DNA of 56,850 nucleotides, filler included, from Sphacelaria rigidula (lineage: Eukaryota), in assembly GCA_964200075.2 (NCBI GenBank). It is 6 parts of 6 records of this genome, joined end to end, with 100 filler letters (N's around TTAATTAATTAA, not from the genome) between each part and the next. Parts side by side here need not be neighbours in the genome. Positions count along the whole stretch, not along the records: positions 18,987 to 28,378 come from CAXNAA020008605.1; positions 28,479 to 37,870 come from CAXNAA020008606.1; 4 more parts are not named here. One strand, given 5' to 3'. Below, piece after piece: positions 22,695 through 33,777 of this stretch. The position numbers and the translations under genes are program-made. The first letter of the stretch is position 1. Each line of letters begins with the position of its first letter. The notes beneath the pieces are model-generated. The model had not been told where the DNA came from and ran no database searches. It saw only the letters and a list, made by a program, of their open reading frames with translations.

Positions 22695-23360
22695 GCGTAC
22701 CTATCGCTGAATCGTGGAGATCACGTGGGGGGGTTGTCAGAAACATTGGCACCCAACGGGATCTCGACGACTCAAGATCCGGGATTTCTGACTGGTACTA
22801 GTAGCATCTTCAGTCGGCCGGCTCAAACACCGCCATGTTATGTTGCCTCGGGAAAACGAAGGATGCAAGCGGGCAACCAAGGCAAGAATCTTGATGGGCT
22901 ACAAACCACGAAACATTTTGTTCCCAGTCAATGGGCTTGCAAGCACCCCGACGCGGCTTCATACGATCAAAGGTCGGCGATAAGACTGGATTCAGGCCGA
23001 GAAAAGGAGAGCACACACGCGTTCAACGCCGTCGATGGTGATGCGCTGGGGACAAGCCCCCAACGAAATCCGCGGAAAAGAGACCGAGATACCTGGGTCG
23101 ACGGGCCAACCCCCAATACACTGCCACACTTCACCACAGAAGCTTTCAGGAAGGAGAGAAAGGGTGCCAGCTCGGATTCCGAACGTGCCCGGCGAGAGGT
23201 AGGCAAGCCCCAAGACCAATATCTGTCGGGGCTAGGCCTGTCAACTCATGTTTCACCACCATTTTCCGGTGACCTCGTGGTGAGCCTTATCTCGCCTAGG
23301 ACGTCGAAAAAAATCCGGTGGTTGCCCCGGCCAGGAGAGAGTGAGCAAGACCTGCTTCTG
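22695..23360 (+). CDS. IQ-motif protein, exon (222 codons)
   Basis: Polypyrimidine tract plus GCAG acceptor, GTGAGC donor, phase 0/0, open frame. Confidence 0.75.
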
Positions 23361-23664
23361 GTGAGCGTAAGTGACACCTTCCGTGACTATCGCGTTTCGA
23401 AAACTGTAATTGAATAAAAAGTCGCAGGTATATCGTTGTTGGGTTTGTGTCAATGACGCGACCAATGGAGAAGAACGTATCTCAGTTATTTGCCAAAGTG
23501 GAAATAGGAACCCATTTTGATGAGTCGCCTTCTATTGAATTCCAGTACCGTCTGAAACAGTATTGCAGAGAGCTAATTTCAAGAGAAGCAGTACGACCAA
23601 GTCGATTCCTGTAAGCGATGCTCAACCCTCCGCGCACCCGGTGATCCTCACCTTTTCCAATCAG

Positions 23665-24399
23665 AAATTCGAAAAAGTGGTCAAGACGCTGCCGAAACAA
23701 GCGCTTGAGGTGGGAACCAGGGGTGGACTCTACTCGACACTTGGCAGGGTGGACGTGGGGCTAACCGAAGCCGACATTGACGACCTAACCGCAACGGTCA
23801 CCGGTCGCGCAGAAGTCCTCGCGTCCATAAAACGCGCCGCCTTTGCACAGAGCATTGTCCGCAATGACGGTGGGACGTTATCCTCCCTACTGGGAACAAA
23901 AACAGAGGAACCCCTTCCAACGATCAACCCACCATGCCTCCACGACACTTCCGATGCCACACAGATCAGGCAAACGCCAGCACAAGGGTATAGCACCCGA
24001 AAGAACACCACGCGAGTGTTGAACCCTGGACGTTTGTTATCACGCACGTCTCTAATGCAAGTCCCCGGTCGCGAGGAGCAGCAGGGCTTGAGAGCGATAG
24101 AATGCAGTGATAGCTTGACGCCTGTTACTTGGCGTGGTGCTCAATCGGACGGCGTAGCTGTCCTGAACGAAGTGGGGCTGAACGATAGCGGACGGGTAAA
24201 GGTAATTGGAGCCAACGAAGGAGAACATCGGAAGCAGATGAGCACTAGTCTGCGACGAATGCGCCAGCTCTTGAACGATTCGTTGGAATGCGCCGGGAGC
24301 GGTACAAAACGTCCGAGAAGCGCTTTCCCGCTATCTGTGAGCGAGCTCCGGTCGCTGGCATCCGCCAGACGATCACGTGACAACAACAGAGGCGGGAAG
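23665..24399 (+). CDS. IQ-motif protein, exon (245 codons; 3' boundary inferred)
   Basis: CCTTTTCCAATCAG acceptor in frame with ORF 23563-24774. AAG|GTAGGA is a phase-0 donor matching the next exon. Confidence 0.7.
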
Positions 24400-25188
24400 G
24401 TAGGAGACGTTACTGAGAAAATACTTCCGAACACGGGGGGTATGTACAAGTTCAAAACATACAGACGCCTTCTTCGTGTTAAACCCTTATCGCATCTTGC
24501 ACATAAAACAGTTACGTCGACCGCCTTAGAGATGCGGTTCAGAAATCCAATCAAACCAACAAAAGGGTGGGGGCTAAGTACGCCACAAAGCGACTTCCGG
24601 CTCTACACTCTAGGACCTTCAAAGCACCTTCCCATCCCTGGTGCCTCCGCTGCTGAATGGCGTAGAGACACGAACTGGACTTGCCTTTTGGAGGAAGCAG
24701 CATACTGCGGGACTTGGCGAAGAATCTTCTGTTATCCATGGAGGGTCGAATACGGCAGGATATGTTGGGTCTAGGCTTCCAGAAATGGAAGGTGATTTAA
24801 GACAATATATGGGACTGTTTTGGGTTCCTCTATTGCCGTGATAGACCGGCGTACTTTGGGGCATCGGCTGTACCACGATTCACAGTCACAGATAGTCCCG
24901 TAGTGTTTCTGTGTCATTGGAGCTCTACCGCAACAATCACTCGTGCTCGACGCAGAAACGTGGTTATTAATGAGTCTCTGAGGGCGAATAAGTTGCCTGC
25001 ATCGTTTTTCCTTTGACCGCTTTAACTCATCAACCGTATGCCAAGACTAACAACACCATAAGTGTTACAAAATATGAAAAAAAAAAAGACTCAGATTCTC
25101 CACCTCGCGGAACGTTGACAATGCCGGTGTTTGAGAAACGTCTTTCACGGCATTATTGTGTTTGTTGTGCTGTTCGATGTATAATATA

Positions 25189-25796
25189 CTCCCTCTGTCT
25201 CACAAGTCTATGAAGTTATGCTTGTACGAGCCCCTAACGATGTCCGGTTTGATTTGCGATTTGTTGGTTGCAACAATCGTTGGCGTTTTTTATCAACAGC
25301 TAAAAACAGCAACACTCTTTCTACAACGTGGGGGCTTGACCCGTGCAGCCTCGCGGCCGGGAGAAAATAGGTTGATCAAAATATGGTCATTTTTCGCCCT
25401 TTTTCTCAGTAAAGCATAGAAGACCCAGAAATCGTGAAAATCGTGAAAATAATGTGATGACAGCAAAACTATAATTGATTTGGATATCTCCGTGACGTTG
25501 GTCTACGTACGCTTCATCTAACAGATTTTCAGCATGTCATCGCTAGTGCTCGACGTAAAAACGTCCAAAATCTGTCAACAGTGGGGTATAAGTGGACCAC
25601 AAAGGGACAGAATGGGGGTATACTTTGACATGATTTTAATTTTAGTATCGAAAACAAGTTTTTTTTTCTTTTTTTTTCAGTCAGCTTCGTCTGCGCGTTA
25701 GCTCTCTAACAAACCCAACTGTAGGATGATCGTCAGCGTTGACGTACCCAAACGATTAAAAGCCCATAACTGCACAGACTTATGAGACAGAGGAAG
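25189..25796. mobile_element. Tc1/mariner (Stowaway-like) MITE in an intron
   Basis: TIRs CTCCCTCTGTCTCACAAGTCTATGAAGTTATG and CATAACTGCACAGACTTATGAGACAGAGGAAG. TA on both sides. Confidence 0.9.
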
Positions 25797-25880
25797 TATG
25801 AAGGTAAACAACCGACCTGCCGTGTGCTGCAAACAAATAAGGTTCCGCAATCTGTTTCTTCTACTCTTCTACACGGATAG

Positions 25881-26003
25881 GGCGCGCGAAGATACTCTGC
25901 AGCTGACAGGTACTTGCACGCTACGGTGCTTCTTCAGAGCAGAATACGAGGACACCTGGCCGTGAAAGAATTTGAAGAATACCGACGTCAGCGAGACGCT
26001 CAG
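25881..26003 (+). CDS. IQ-motif protein, exon with an IQ calmodulin-binding motif
   Basis: Translates GARRYSAADRYLHATVLLQSRIRGHLAVKEFEEYRRQRDAQ. Pyrimidine tract plus TAG acceptor, CAG|GTAC donor, phase 0/0. Absent from the ORF track. Confidence 0.85.
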
Positions 26004-26617
26004 GTACCACCGCGGTGCTTCATCGATTGCTATGAAAGTCAAGTCTGAGAGGATTGCAGGGTCGCGGCACTACGTCACGGAGAAAGACGTACACCTACAG
26101 CAGCGAATGGAAAACCGATTGACTGAACGTGTAGGCCTTTCCTGGAGATTCATGCCCACTCTATGTTTCGAAGAAAATAATCTACCTCATAAGAGTCGGC
26201 AAGGGGAGCATTGATTGAGGTCTGACGGTGAAGGTTGATTCTACGCAGGTAGCAGCTGGACCCCGGGGGGATCAGTTAAAGTGCGACGATAAAAAAAAAA
26301 AAGGCAGGCCGAGAAAATTCCGTAGCTCGAGCCATCTGGTAGCTTTGGGCAATTTTGTGCTGGGAAGAAAAAGTGGCCACACAAATAATTGAATTCCGCT
26401 CGCCTCGAAAGTGAGTTTGAGCACGATGACCACACCTTCCCGCAGATGAACCCTATGAGAGTTTGTCGGTCTACCAATCACATTTCTATCGTTTTCCATA
26501 GAGTAGTCAGCGGGAAAACAGCGCGAATTTTATAATTGGATATTTTTCGGCGAAGTTTTGCGTGTCAACGCTCATCACAGTGTAAATATGTTCCCAAAGT
26601 TTGAGGATCGGGAGATA

Positions 26618-27477
26618 TAGTAGTCAGCATCAGGAGTCTGTGGAATTCGTAGTTCTTATTATTCTTGAGTATATCTCGAGTATGACTCTTCGTCAGTACT
26701 TTAAAGTGCTAGCGTCGGTAGATTTAGGGGGAAAACGTAGGCCGCGCTCAAACCACAGTGCCCAAGTTGTTTTTTTGGGGGTGATACGGACTGGATACCC
26801 CGTTTATCAGGAGGGTGTTGTTGAACGTTTTTGGTCCGATAAAAAACATTTTTCTGGCTCTTTCGCAACAAAACGGTAGATGCGAGAGTAAATGAATATG
26901 TATACAATTCTTGAAAATAACGATCAAGATAATCTTTCCCCCCTATACTGCACAAATATCAGTTCAGCATTTTCCGTGGAGAGCTTCTTTTCGTTTTTTT
27001 CCGCAAACTATTCTCCATGAGCACTCGTAAGTGCTAGCGTCGATAGTTTTGGCAAAATAAGCAGATTGTGCTCAAATCACATTGCCCAAGTTGGTGTTGT
27101 GGGGGTGATACGGAGTAAAGATCCGTTTTTTCCGGCTCTTGCGCAGTGAATAGGTGTAATTAAAAAGAAATAATCATCTTCATATATTCACTTATATGAT
27201 CGGGATCGAGTCGGTCCACCGAGAATACCGAAAAGCCAGAACCTGGGGTTGCACTTTCGCATGACCCCCGAAGATTGGCCAAGCCCGTTAAGTCACTCAA
27301 TATTGATCGCAGATTTCTTTTCTTTCGATATTTGTGAGGAGGACTAAAATATCTCCAGATCGCCATTATTTTTAATCCAACATTCGCTGTGGCGAGCGAT
27401 GGCAAGCAAAATAATTAGGAAAATCTCCAAGTAACTAAGAAATTACGAATTATGCAGACTTCTGATGCTGACTACTG
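26618..27477. mobile_element. Tc1/mariner-type non-autonomous element in an intron
   Basis: TIRs TAGTAGTCAGCATCAGGAGTCTG and CAGACTTCTGATGCTGACTACTG. TA flanks. Related fragments near 20740-21150, 27690-27880 and 39100-39197. Confidence 0.85.
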
Positions 27478-27961
27478 TACTAGGATTCGCTTAGCATTCC
27501 GAGGATAAAAACACTCCTGGACTTGATATGAACGACTTACGCGGTGCACCCGTTCTCGCGGGTCCTACGGCTACACAGTCCCACGTTCTGACTCGTTGAT
27601 ATCTTGCTTGATTTAACCAATCCCGATCGTGCTCGTGAACGAATAGAAGTAGCCTCTGTTTCCTTCTGACACCCTACCTATTCATTAGCCGAAAAACTGT
27701 GCTATTTGGACCAATGACGGTCAAGTAACACCCTCTCGATAAACCTGGTATTTTCTCCGTATCGCCCCGACAACACCAACTTCAGGATTGTGTCCTGAAC
27801 ACGACCGTGTTTTTTCCCCGTTATCTATCGGCTCTAGCACTTTCGAGTGCTAAGGAAAAATACTATGCGAAAATAAACAAAAAATGATGACAAAATTCGC
27901 CTAGCTTGCCCACTGACTACCAGATATACTTGCGCATACCCCTCTGCCCTTTGGCGAGCAG

Positions 27962-28119
27962 GAAAAACGAGCAAATGATGCTGTACAGCGGATAGTTCTA
28001 CGCAGGCAGACAGCGGTGGTAGAGCTACAGCGGGTGATTCGCGGGTTTCTAGGAAGGAACTTAGCAGGCGCGGCGCAGAGACTGCAGAGAACAGTTATTT
28101 TCGTTCAGCGCACTCTCAG
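27962..28119 (+). CDS. IQ-motif protein, exon with further IQ motifs (gene continues off the contig)
   Basis: Translates EKRANDAVQRIVLRRQTAVVELQRVIRGFLGRNLAGAAQRLQRTVIFVQRTL. CAG acceptor in phase 0, CAG|GT donor in phase 2. Confidence 0.85.
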
Positions 28120-28378
28120 GTGCAACAATACACGTGCACAGTGCATGGCTCCCATGCCAATTGAGGGCAAGGCCCTCCTATAGTTGGGGACTAGCGAATG
28201 GAAAGCAGCAGTGAGATCACACGTACTTGATGTCCTACAGATTGAATGTAGGTGCAGACTACAGTAGAGTCATGTAGCGGTAGGGGGGGGGGGGGGGGGG
28301 CTTTGGGGACATTTTTTCCCACGGATTCCCTCTCAAATTGTCCTTAAAGCCGCAACGGTTGTTGCACGCCCTGACTAC

Positions 28379-28478
28379 NNNNNNNNNNNNNNNNNNNNNN
28401 NNNNNNNNNNNNNNNNNNNNNNTTAATTAATTAANNNNNNNNNNNNNNNNNNNNNNNNNNNNNNNNNNNNNNNNNNNN
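28379..28478. other. Artificial contig linker
   Basis: 100 bp of N with TTAATTAATTAA. Confidence 0.98.
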
Positions 28479-29230
28479 TGTCGACTACATACGATTTCAC
28501 CGCCGCTTGTGCCGCTTCGACAGAGGGATACGCAGAACTCATGCCTCTCGCTCCGTCTCTCGTCCCACAGCGTTGCCAGCTTCAGTCGCCTTGTGAACAT
28601 GACCACATATATTTTGGGGTACATATATTCCCGCATTTCCCCCGAGCATGACATGTTAGTGCTATGAACTACGATTTACTCTAGGATGGTGACCCAAAAC
28701 AAATTCGGGGGATGGGAGGTCGGGCCTAGATAAAATGCAAGTAAATGATGAAAAATTCGGGAATGCGGCCCCCGAGAATGTAGGCTTTCTTTTGCTTCGA
28801 AGGCTTTTCTGTGGGCCAGGGACAGGGTACACCAACTTTGCAGTGACATCACTCCCGGCAACAGCCACCCCCCCCCACTGGTCGTTCTGATGTGGTCGAT
28901 AAATTTCGCCTCGCCCTTATTGGTCAGTTCTCTCCCAGACTTGTTTATTATTATTTTACGAACACGTCGTGAACGTTAATGAGCTTCAGTCCCAAAAGGG
29001 TTAAGATCGGCATCTGGCGAACACCGAGGACCCGTTTAAAATCAGGCGAAGAACTAAAACATGGCACATGTCGTTTTTCCCTGTACTGCAGCACAAACAC
29101 ACTCACGCCGGCTCTCATGTGCTATAGCTGTCACCAGTGTGTGGTGTGTTTGGACCTTGCGAAGGCGGTTTGGTTTTGCTGGCATTGCCTGACCTGCTGC
29201 AATGTTGTGTTTGTCTCTGTGTAAAATATA

Positions 29231-29680
29231 CAAGGGCAGGTCGAGTAGAGCATGTACGCTTGAAATCTCGGGTACAATGAATAATGCTCAATTTTTTGGC
29301 AGATTGCCAACGACCTCAAATACTCTACACAGATGTTCGGTGAATTGAGTACAACCTCAGACACTTTACTCCAATTCTGGGTAAGTACTCTCAGTAATAC
29401 TTGAATATAGAGTACAAGTATCACTTGGGTATGACCTCAATACTCTCCTCGAATTTTGAGTAGATTGAGTACGACTTGAAATACCCTGCTCAAATAGTGG
29501 GTCAGCACTTTCAGTAATACTCAGGTACAGAGTATCACTTGGGTATGACCTCAAATACTCGACTCAAATTTTGACAAGATTGAGTACGACCTTGAAGACT
29601 CCACTCGAAATTTGGGTACTGAACAAAACGTTTTTCAAAAACACCGAGTATTGCGTATACACTACTCGACCGTTTCCCTG
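29231..29680. mobile_element. hAT-like MITE with internal ~115-120-bp tandem units
   Basis: Imperfect TIRs CAAGGGCAGGTCGAGTAG and CTACTCGACCGTTTCCCTG. 8-bp flanks AAAATATA/AAGATATG. Repeated TTGAGTAC and AGTATCACTTGGGTATGACCTCAA blocks. Confidence 0.75.
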
Positions 29681-30573
29681 AAGATATGGTATCAGTCGGG
29701 ACGCAGTGCTGTCTACACACTTGACTGTTGAAAACGTCCGGGCTACTCGAACCCATCATTGGCGCGATACCGAACATGGCTAGATAAAGACACACCACCA
29801 GCGCCGGTGAACACCGTTCGACCGGCTGGGCCGGACGCCGGGCTCCGATGAAACGAGCAACCCAGAGCAAAGTGCGGATACACTGCACCGCCAGGGTACT
29901 GCTTGCACCTGTCAGCGTGACGACCGCTGCCGCTGGCATCGGCGCTAGCGCTCGCGGCGACGGTAAGACACAGCCAGCCACACTGTGTTGGAGGTATGCC
30001 GATACGCGAGCATCGCGATGACGTTCTACGGCGGCAGTGTACCATTCACTGTCTGCTCGTCTGCTTGCAGCTTTGTTTCTCTGCTGCTGTTCTATCCGTT
30101 CCGGCACTTTTAATCACTCCTGTATTGTAGTACGTACACTACAGGTGTGACTCGAGTGTGCGAGCCATTCACAAGCATTTTTCACTACATAATTCACTAC
30201 GAAGGTCGGATTTCATTGGCGCTGGATTCCACCGATTTCTCACTGCAGGCCCTCTGATTGGCTGAGTTTCACGTTTCACTGAAAACGTCTTCTACAAAGG
30301 CTGTGTTGCTCGTTGGTGGATGTGTTACAGTCAACTTCAAATATCGTCATCACTCAATCGTGACTTTTCAGAGACGATTTGTCACCTTGACTAGAGAGTT
30401 GTGAAGCACGGTGGACGTTGGGAAAGAAGCAGGTTATGTTCAGGGCATATTTTCCATTTTGTGTTGTCGGAACGATACAGAGTATTACCCCGCTTATCGA
30501 GACGGTGGGTGTTATTGACCGCATATGGTTCGGCTGTATCGCGATGAATACCTAGGAAATGAATGAACCTAAC

Positions 30574-30890
30574 CCTTTGACCGCGAGGGCAGATTACCTG
30601 CTGAATCGGCATCAATTTCACTTCAAGAAGTAAGCGCAATCCAATGGACTACTCTCATCGCGGTTCAAAAGTCAACCCTTTTGGGACCGGACACTCCACA
30701 ATGGTAATTTTTGTGGCACTTTCCCCCCCACGATCGGGTGTTTGTGGCAGGTGTCCATTTGTGTTTTTTCTCTAAGTGAAAATGATGCCGATCTACCCTT
30801 AGGACCCCGCGGCATCATCTTGACTTGATCACAACAAGAGTGGACATGTGCCGCTAGCACACGATCGTGGGGTGGAGGGTCCCAGCAGGG
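30574..30890. mobile_element. Two adjacent small piggyBac-like MITEs
   Basis: First element CTAA-CCCTTTGACCGCGA...TCGCGGTTCAAAAG-TCAA, then CCCTTTTGGGACC...GGTCCCAGCAGGG-TTAA. Confidence 0.5.
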
Positions 30891-33567
30891 TTAAGGCATG
30901 GAATTGTGCGTTATATCAATTCAAATCGATTCGGTCGAGCGCAAACATGAGAGAGCGAGAACGGGGGGGCACCGCACGCTCATGAGACCCCGAAAGACCG
31001 GCGAGCCTGAATCTTGTTCAAAAGTAAATTAGTCGTGGATTACTCTTTTTTCTCGAAACTTGTGTCGGGTGGATCATGTCTCCCGATTCTAAAACTTTAG
31101 GATCAGACAGAAACCGTAATGTGTCGTGGTAACCGAAAAACGTGAAAATAATCGCTGTGAATCGACAATGTTTTGTCTGAAGGATGACTGCCATATACAG
31201 CGCCCATCTGACAGAAATCGCCATGTCTCATTCAGTTCTGAATCGATTTCCCCCAACCAAGAAACGCCGTACATGGCATGTGGTATGGATCGAGCTATCC
31301 ATTGTCTATCCTGGGACAGGGGTACCAGAAATTGGTACGACCTTATATCTCAGGTCCGGGCCGGTTGACAGGCTTGCACCCATTCACCACAGCAAGGTAA
31401 TTTTGCGCCGCTGGTTCACGCTGCCTTTTGTGGCGAACAATTTCAAGTAGTATGGGCAAATAGCCTGAAACTAAGCAATGCAATTCATGAAAGTGAAGCG
31501 CCGCCGCAATTTTTTAGGGAGTGTGGTATCGCAGCGATCAATCAACAGGCCTCTTTTCCTCGCTTCGTTTTGCTTGCTTTTTGTTTTGTCTCGGTGAGAC
31601 ACGGCCTGAACGACCCATACCGTCAGCTCTTTGCTAGTCGAGAAGATGACGGGTATGTGTCTCATCCACCCGTTATAAACGTACACATACAGCGCACACG
31701 TTTACTGTCAGCTGTGGAGTAATTTCGAGGAGCGAGTACAGGTTGTGCAGGTGCAAAGCCGCTTTCGTAAGGTACTGATATCTCTTGCTCGCTCGTCATG
31801 TGGGTAGGTTATTGTCTTTCCCAAAACCGAGAAAGTTTCGCTTGAGCCCAGGGAGCACGTGGACACATTTCCCAGGAGACATACCCCCAAAACCTTCAAA
31901 TCGTGAAACCGGAGAGGAGGGGAAAGCCGGGCATGCTACAGTTCCTTCTTCACCATATCGCACCTGTATCCACTAGTTTTGGAAGCGAAGACCATGGATA
32001 TGGACCTTCATTATCTATCGTCCGTCAATCAAACACTGTACTCATGTAGCTTGTACGACGTAGTGTCGACTTCTACCTTCGAAGTCATGCACCCCGTGGG
32101 TTAAGGCAGTATATTTTCAGCGGTGTGCCGGGCATAAGGTCACGTGAGTATACCATTCCTGAAAACCAAAACACGGCGGAGTCAACAAAGTCGACCGATC
32201 ATTTCATCCCCAGTATACCGGGAAACACGTACAGAGAATCTGTTAAGGTACGTCATCAACGAACTCTGGCCCAAGTCCACCCACTCCAGAGCACAAGCTG
32301 CCCATATCTGTCTCTTTGAAAGGACCAATATCAGATCGTTACGTGTACAAGCCTGAAGCCCTTCTCAGATTGAATTCCTTCAAGATGTGACAGCAAAACA
32401 CTGCCGGTGTATGGAAGAAGGCGTGGCGCCTTTGCACAGTTAGGCAGTGCTGGCTGAAAACCATCGTTTGAGCCCAAAAGTTGTGCTCATTACCGCAGAA
32501 CGCGTACAGTATTTGCTGGCGATGCTTTCGACTTCACCCCTGACTAGGTATTCACTGCAAAGTACATCAGAGCTCTGGGAGGCTGTAGTAGCGATGTGTC
32601 TCAGCTACACAGCGCAAGTTGATTGTTCTCAGTTAGTACTGTAGGGTGAACATATTGTCAACTGTGTGCACGTTGTTGGAGCATAAAAGATGCGGTCAAA
32701 ACAACCAGTGAGTGACTGTCTCATGAAACAAGAAGGGCGAGTGAGAAGACGCGGTGTGGCTGATGCTGGTCGTGGTCAATCGTGTTGGGTCCAGCTTTAT
32801 TCCATACGCGCAGCGCGAAGCTGAGATTGACGTGCCGACCCACAGCAAGTATTACCCCCGACCTTGAAGCTGTCCACACGTCGATCACAAGGTGCACGGC
32901 GTGCAACACAAAGCTCGAACGTCCGGGGCGTACAGTACCTCTGAATCAGCGGGTTAATTGCGCGCTTGATTTTACACCGATCAGTGGGGAACTGCAGCAG
33001 CGTTATCCATTAGGGGACAGCTGCTTCAGCCAAACTGACGGGTTGGTACTGCTGCTCGCCCGATATGGCACCAACGCCACTGGAACGCGTTTCCTCATAC
33101 CGCGGTGGACTGTGGCTACCTATGAAGGTGTTCGTGCCTGTGGATGAGGATACATGCCTCGAAATATGGAGCACACATTCCCAATGGTTGTGCATTATCA
33201 CGACGTGACAAACCGCGGACTGTCCTCGGATTGTCATGTGATGCCGCTGCTTTTTCCAACCGAAAAAGCTGAAACGTTTCATAATCACACTTCCCTTCGG
33301 GTGAAGGGGATTATGGCAGAATGTTGAAGCCATCCAGGCACAGAAATAACGTGGGTTCACCATGGTGTTTTTTGTTTGTCTCGCCGCATCTTCTCGCAGC
33401 CCCAAATATGTTGTCAAGAAAGTCCCTAAAAGCAACATAACAAGTACGGCCGTTTCCCCCCACATGGCTGTTGCTGGCGAGTACGAGCTCTCTGCGCTTC
33501 GTGCTACACATGTGGTCCACAGTTTGCCGTTCTTTATACTCAGAGAAGGTTCAATGTCTTTCGTGTA

Positions 33568-33777
33568 CCTGTTCAGAGTTTGAATGTCGTCGATCAGCCC
33601 TCCCTTGATGTTTGAAAGCCACCACAACACTGCCCAGTCAGTGTTGGATGCGGGCTGTGTACTAAAGCCCCCCGCCAGGGCACGACGGTAGTGGATAATA
33701 CCCCGCTTGTTCAACCACGATCCGTACGTATACGGATCGAGTACAACGGTTGGTTTTTGGTGTGGTTTATTTACCCT
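33568..33777 (-). CDS. Candidate host exon, weakly tubulin-tyrosine-ligase-like (TTLL)
   Basis: Lies within ORF 33010-33870. ALAGGFSTQPASNTDWAVLWWLSNIKGGLIDDIQTLNR ends at CAG|GTAC and resembles the segment before QKVNHFP in TTLL4/5. The next exon was not found. Confidence 0.3.

Noticed and set aside
22614-24774. Endogenous virus gene (long intronless-looking ORFs)
   Set aside because: Clean phase-matched splice sites link these ORFs to host-type IQ exons, and no viral motif was seen.
29340-29630. CRISPR-like array (also 16604-16716)
   Set aside because: The units repeat along their whole length without unique spacers, no cas genes are present, and the context is eukaryotic TE sequence.
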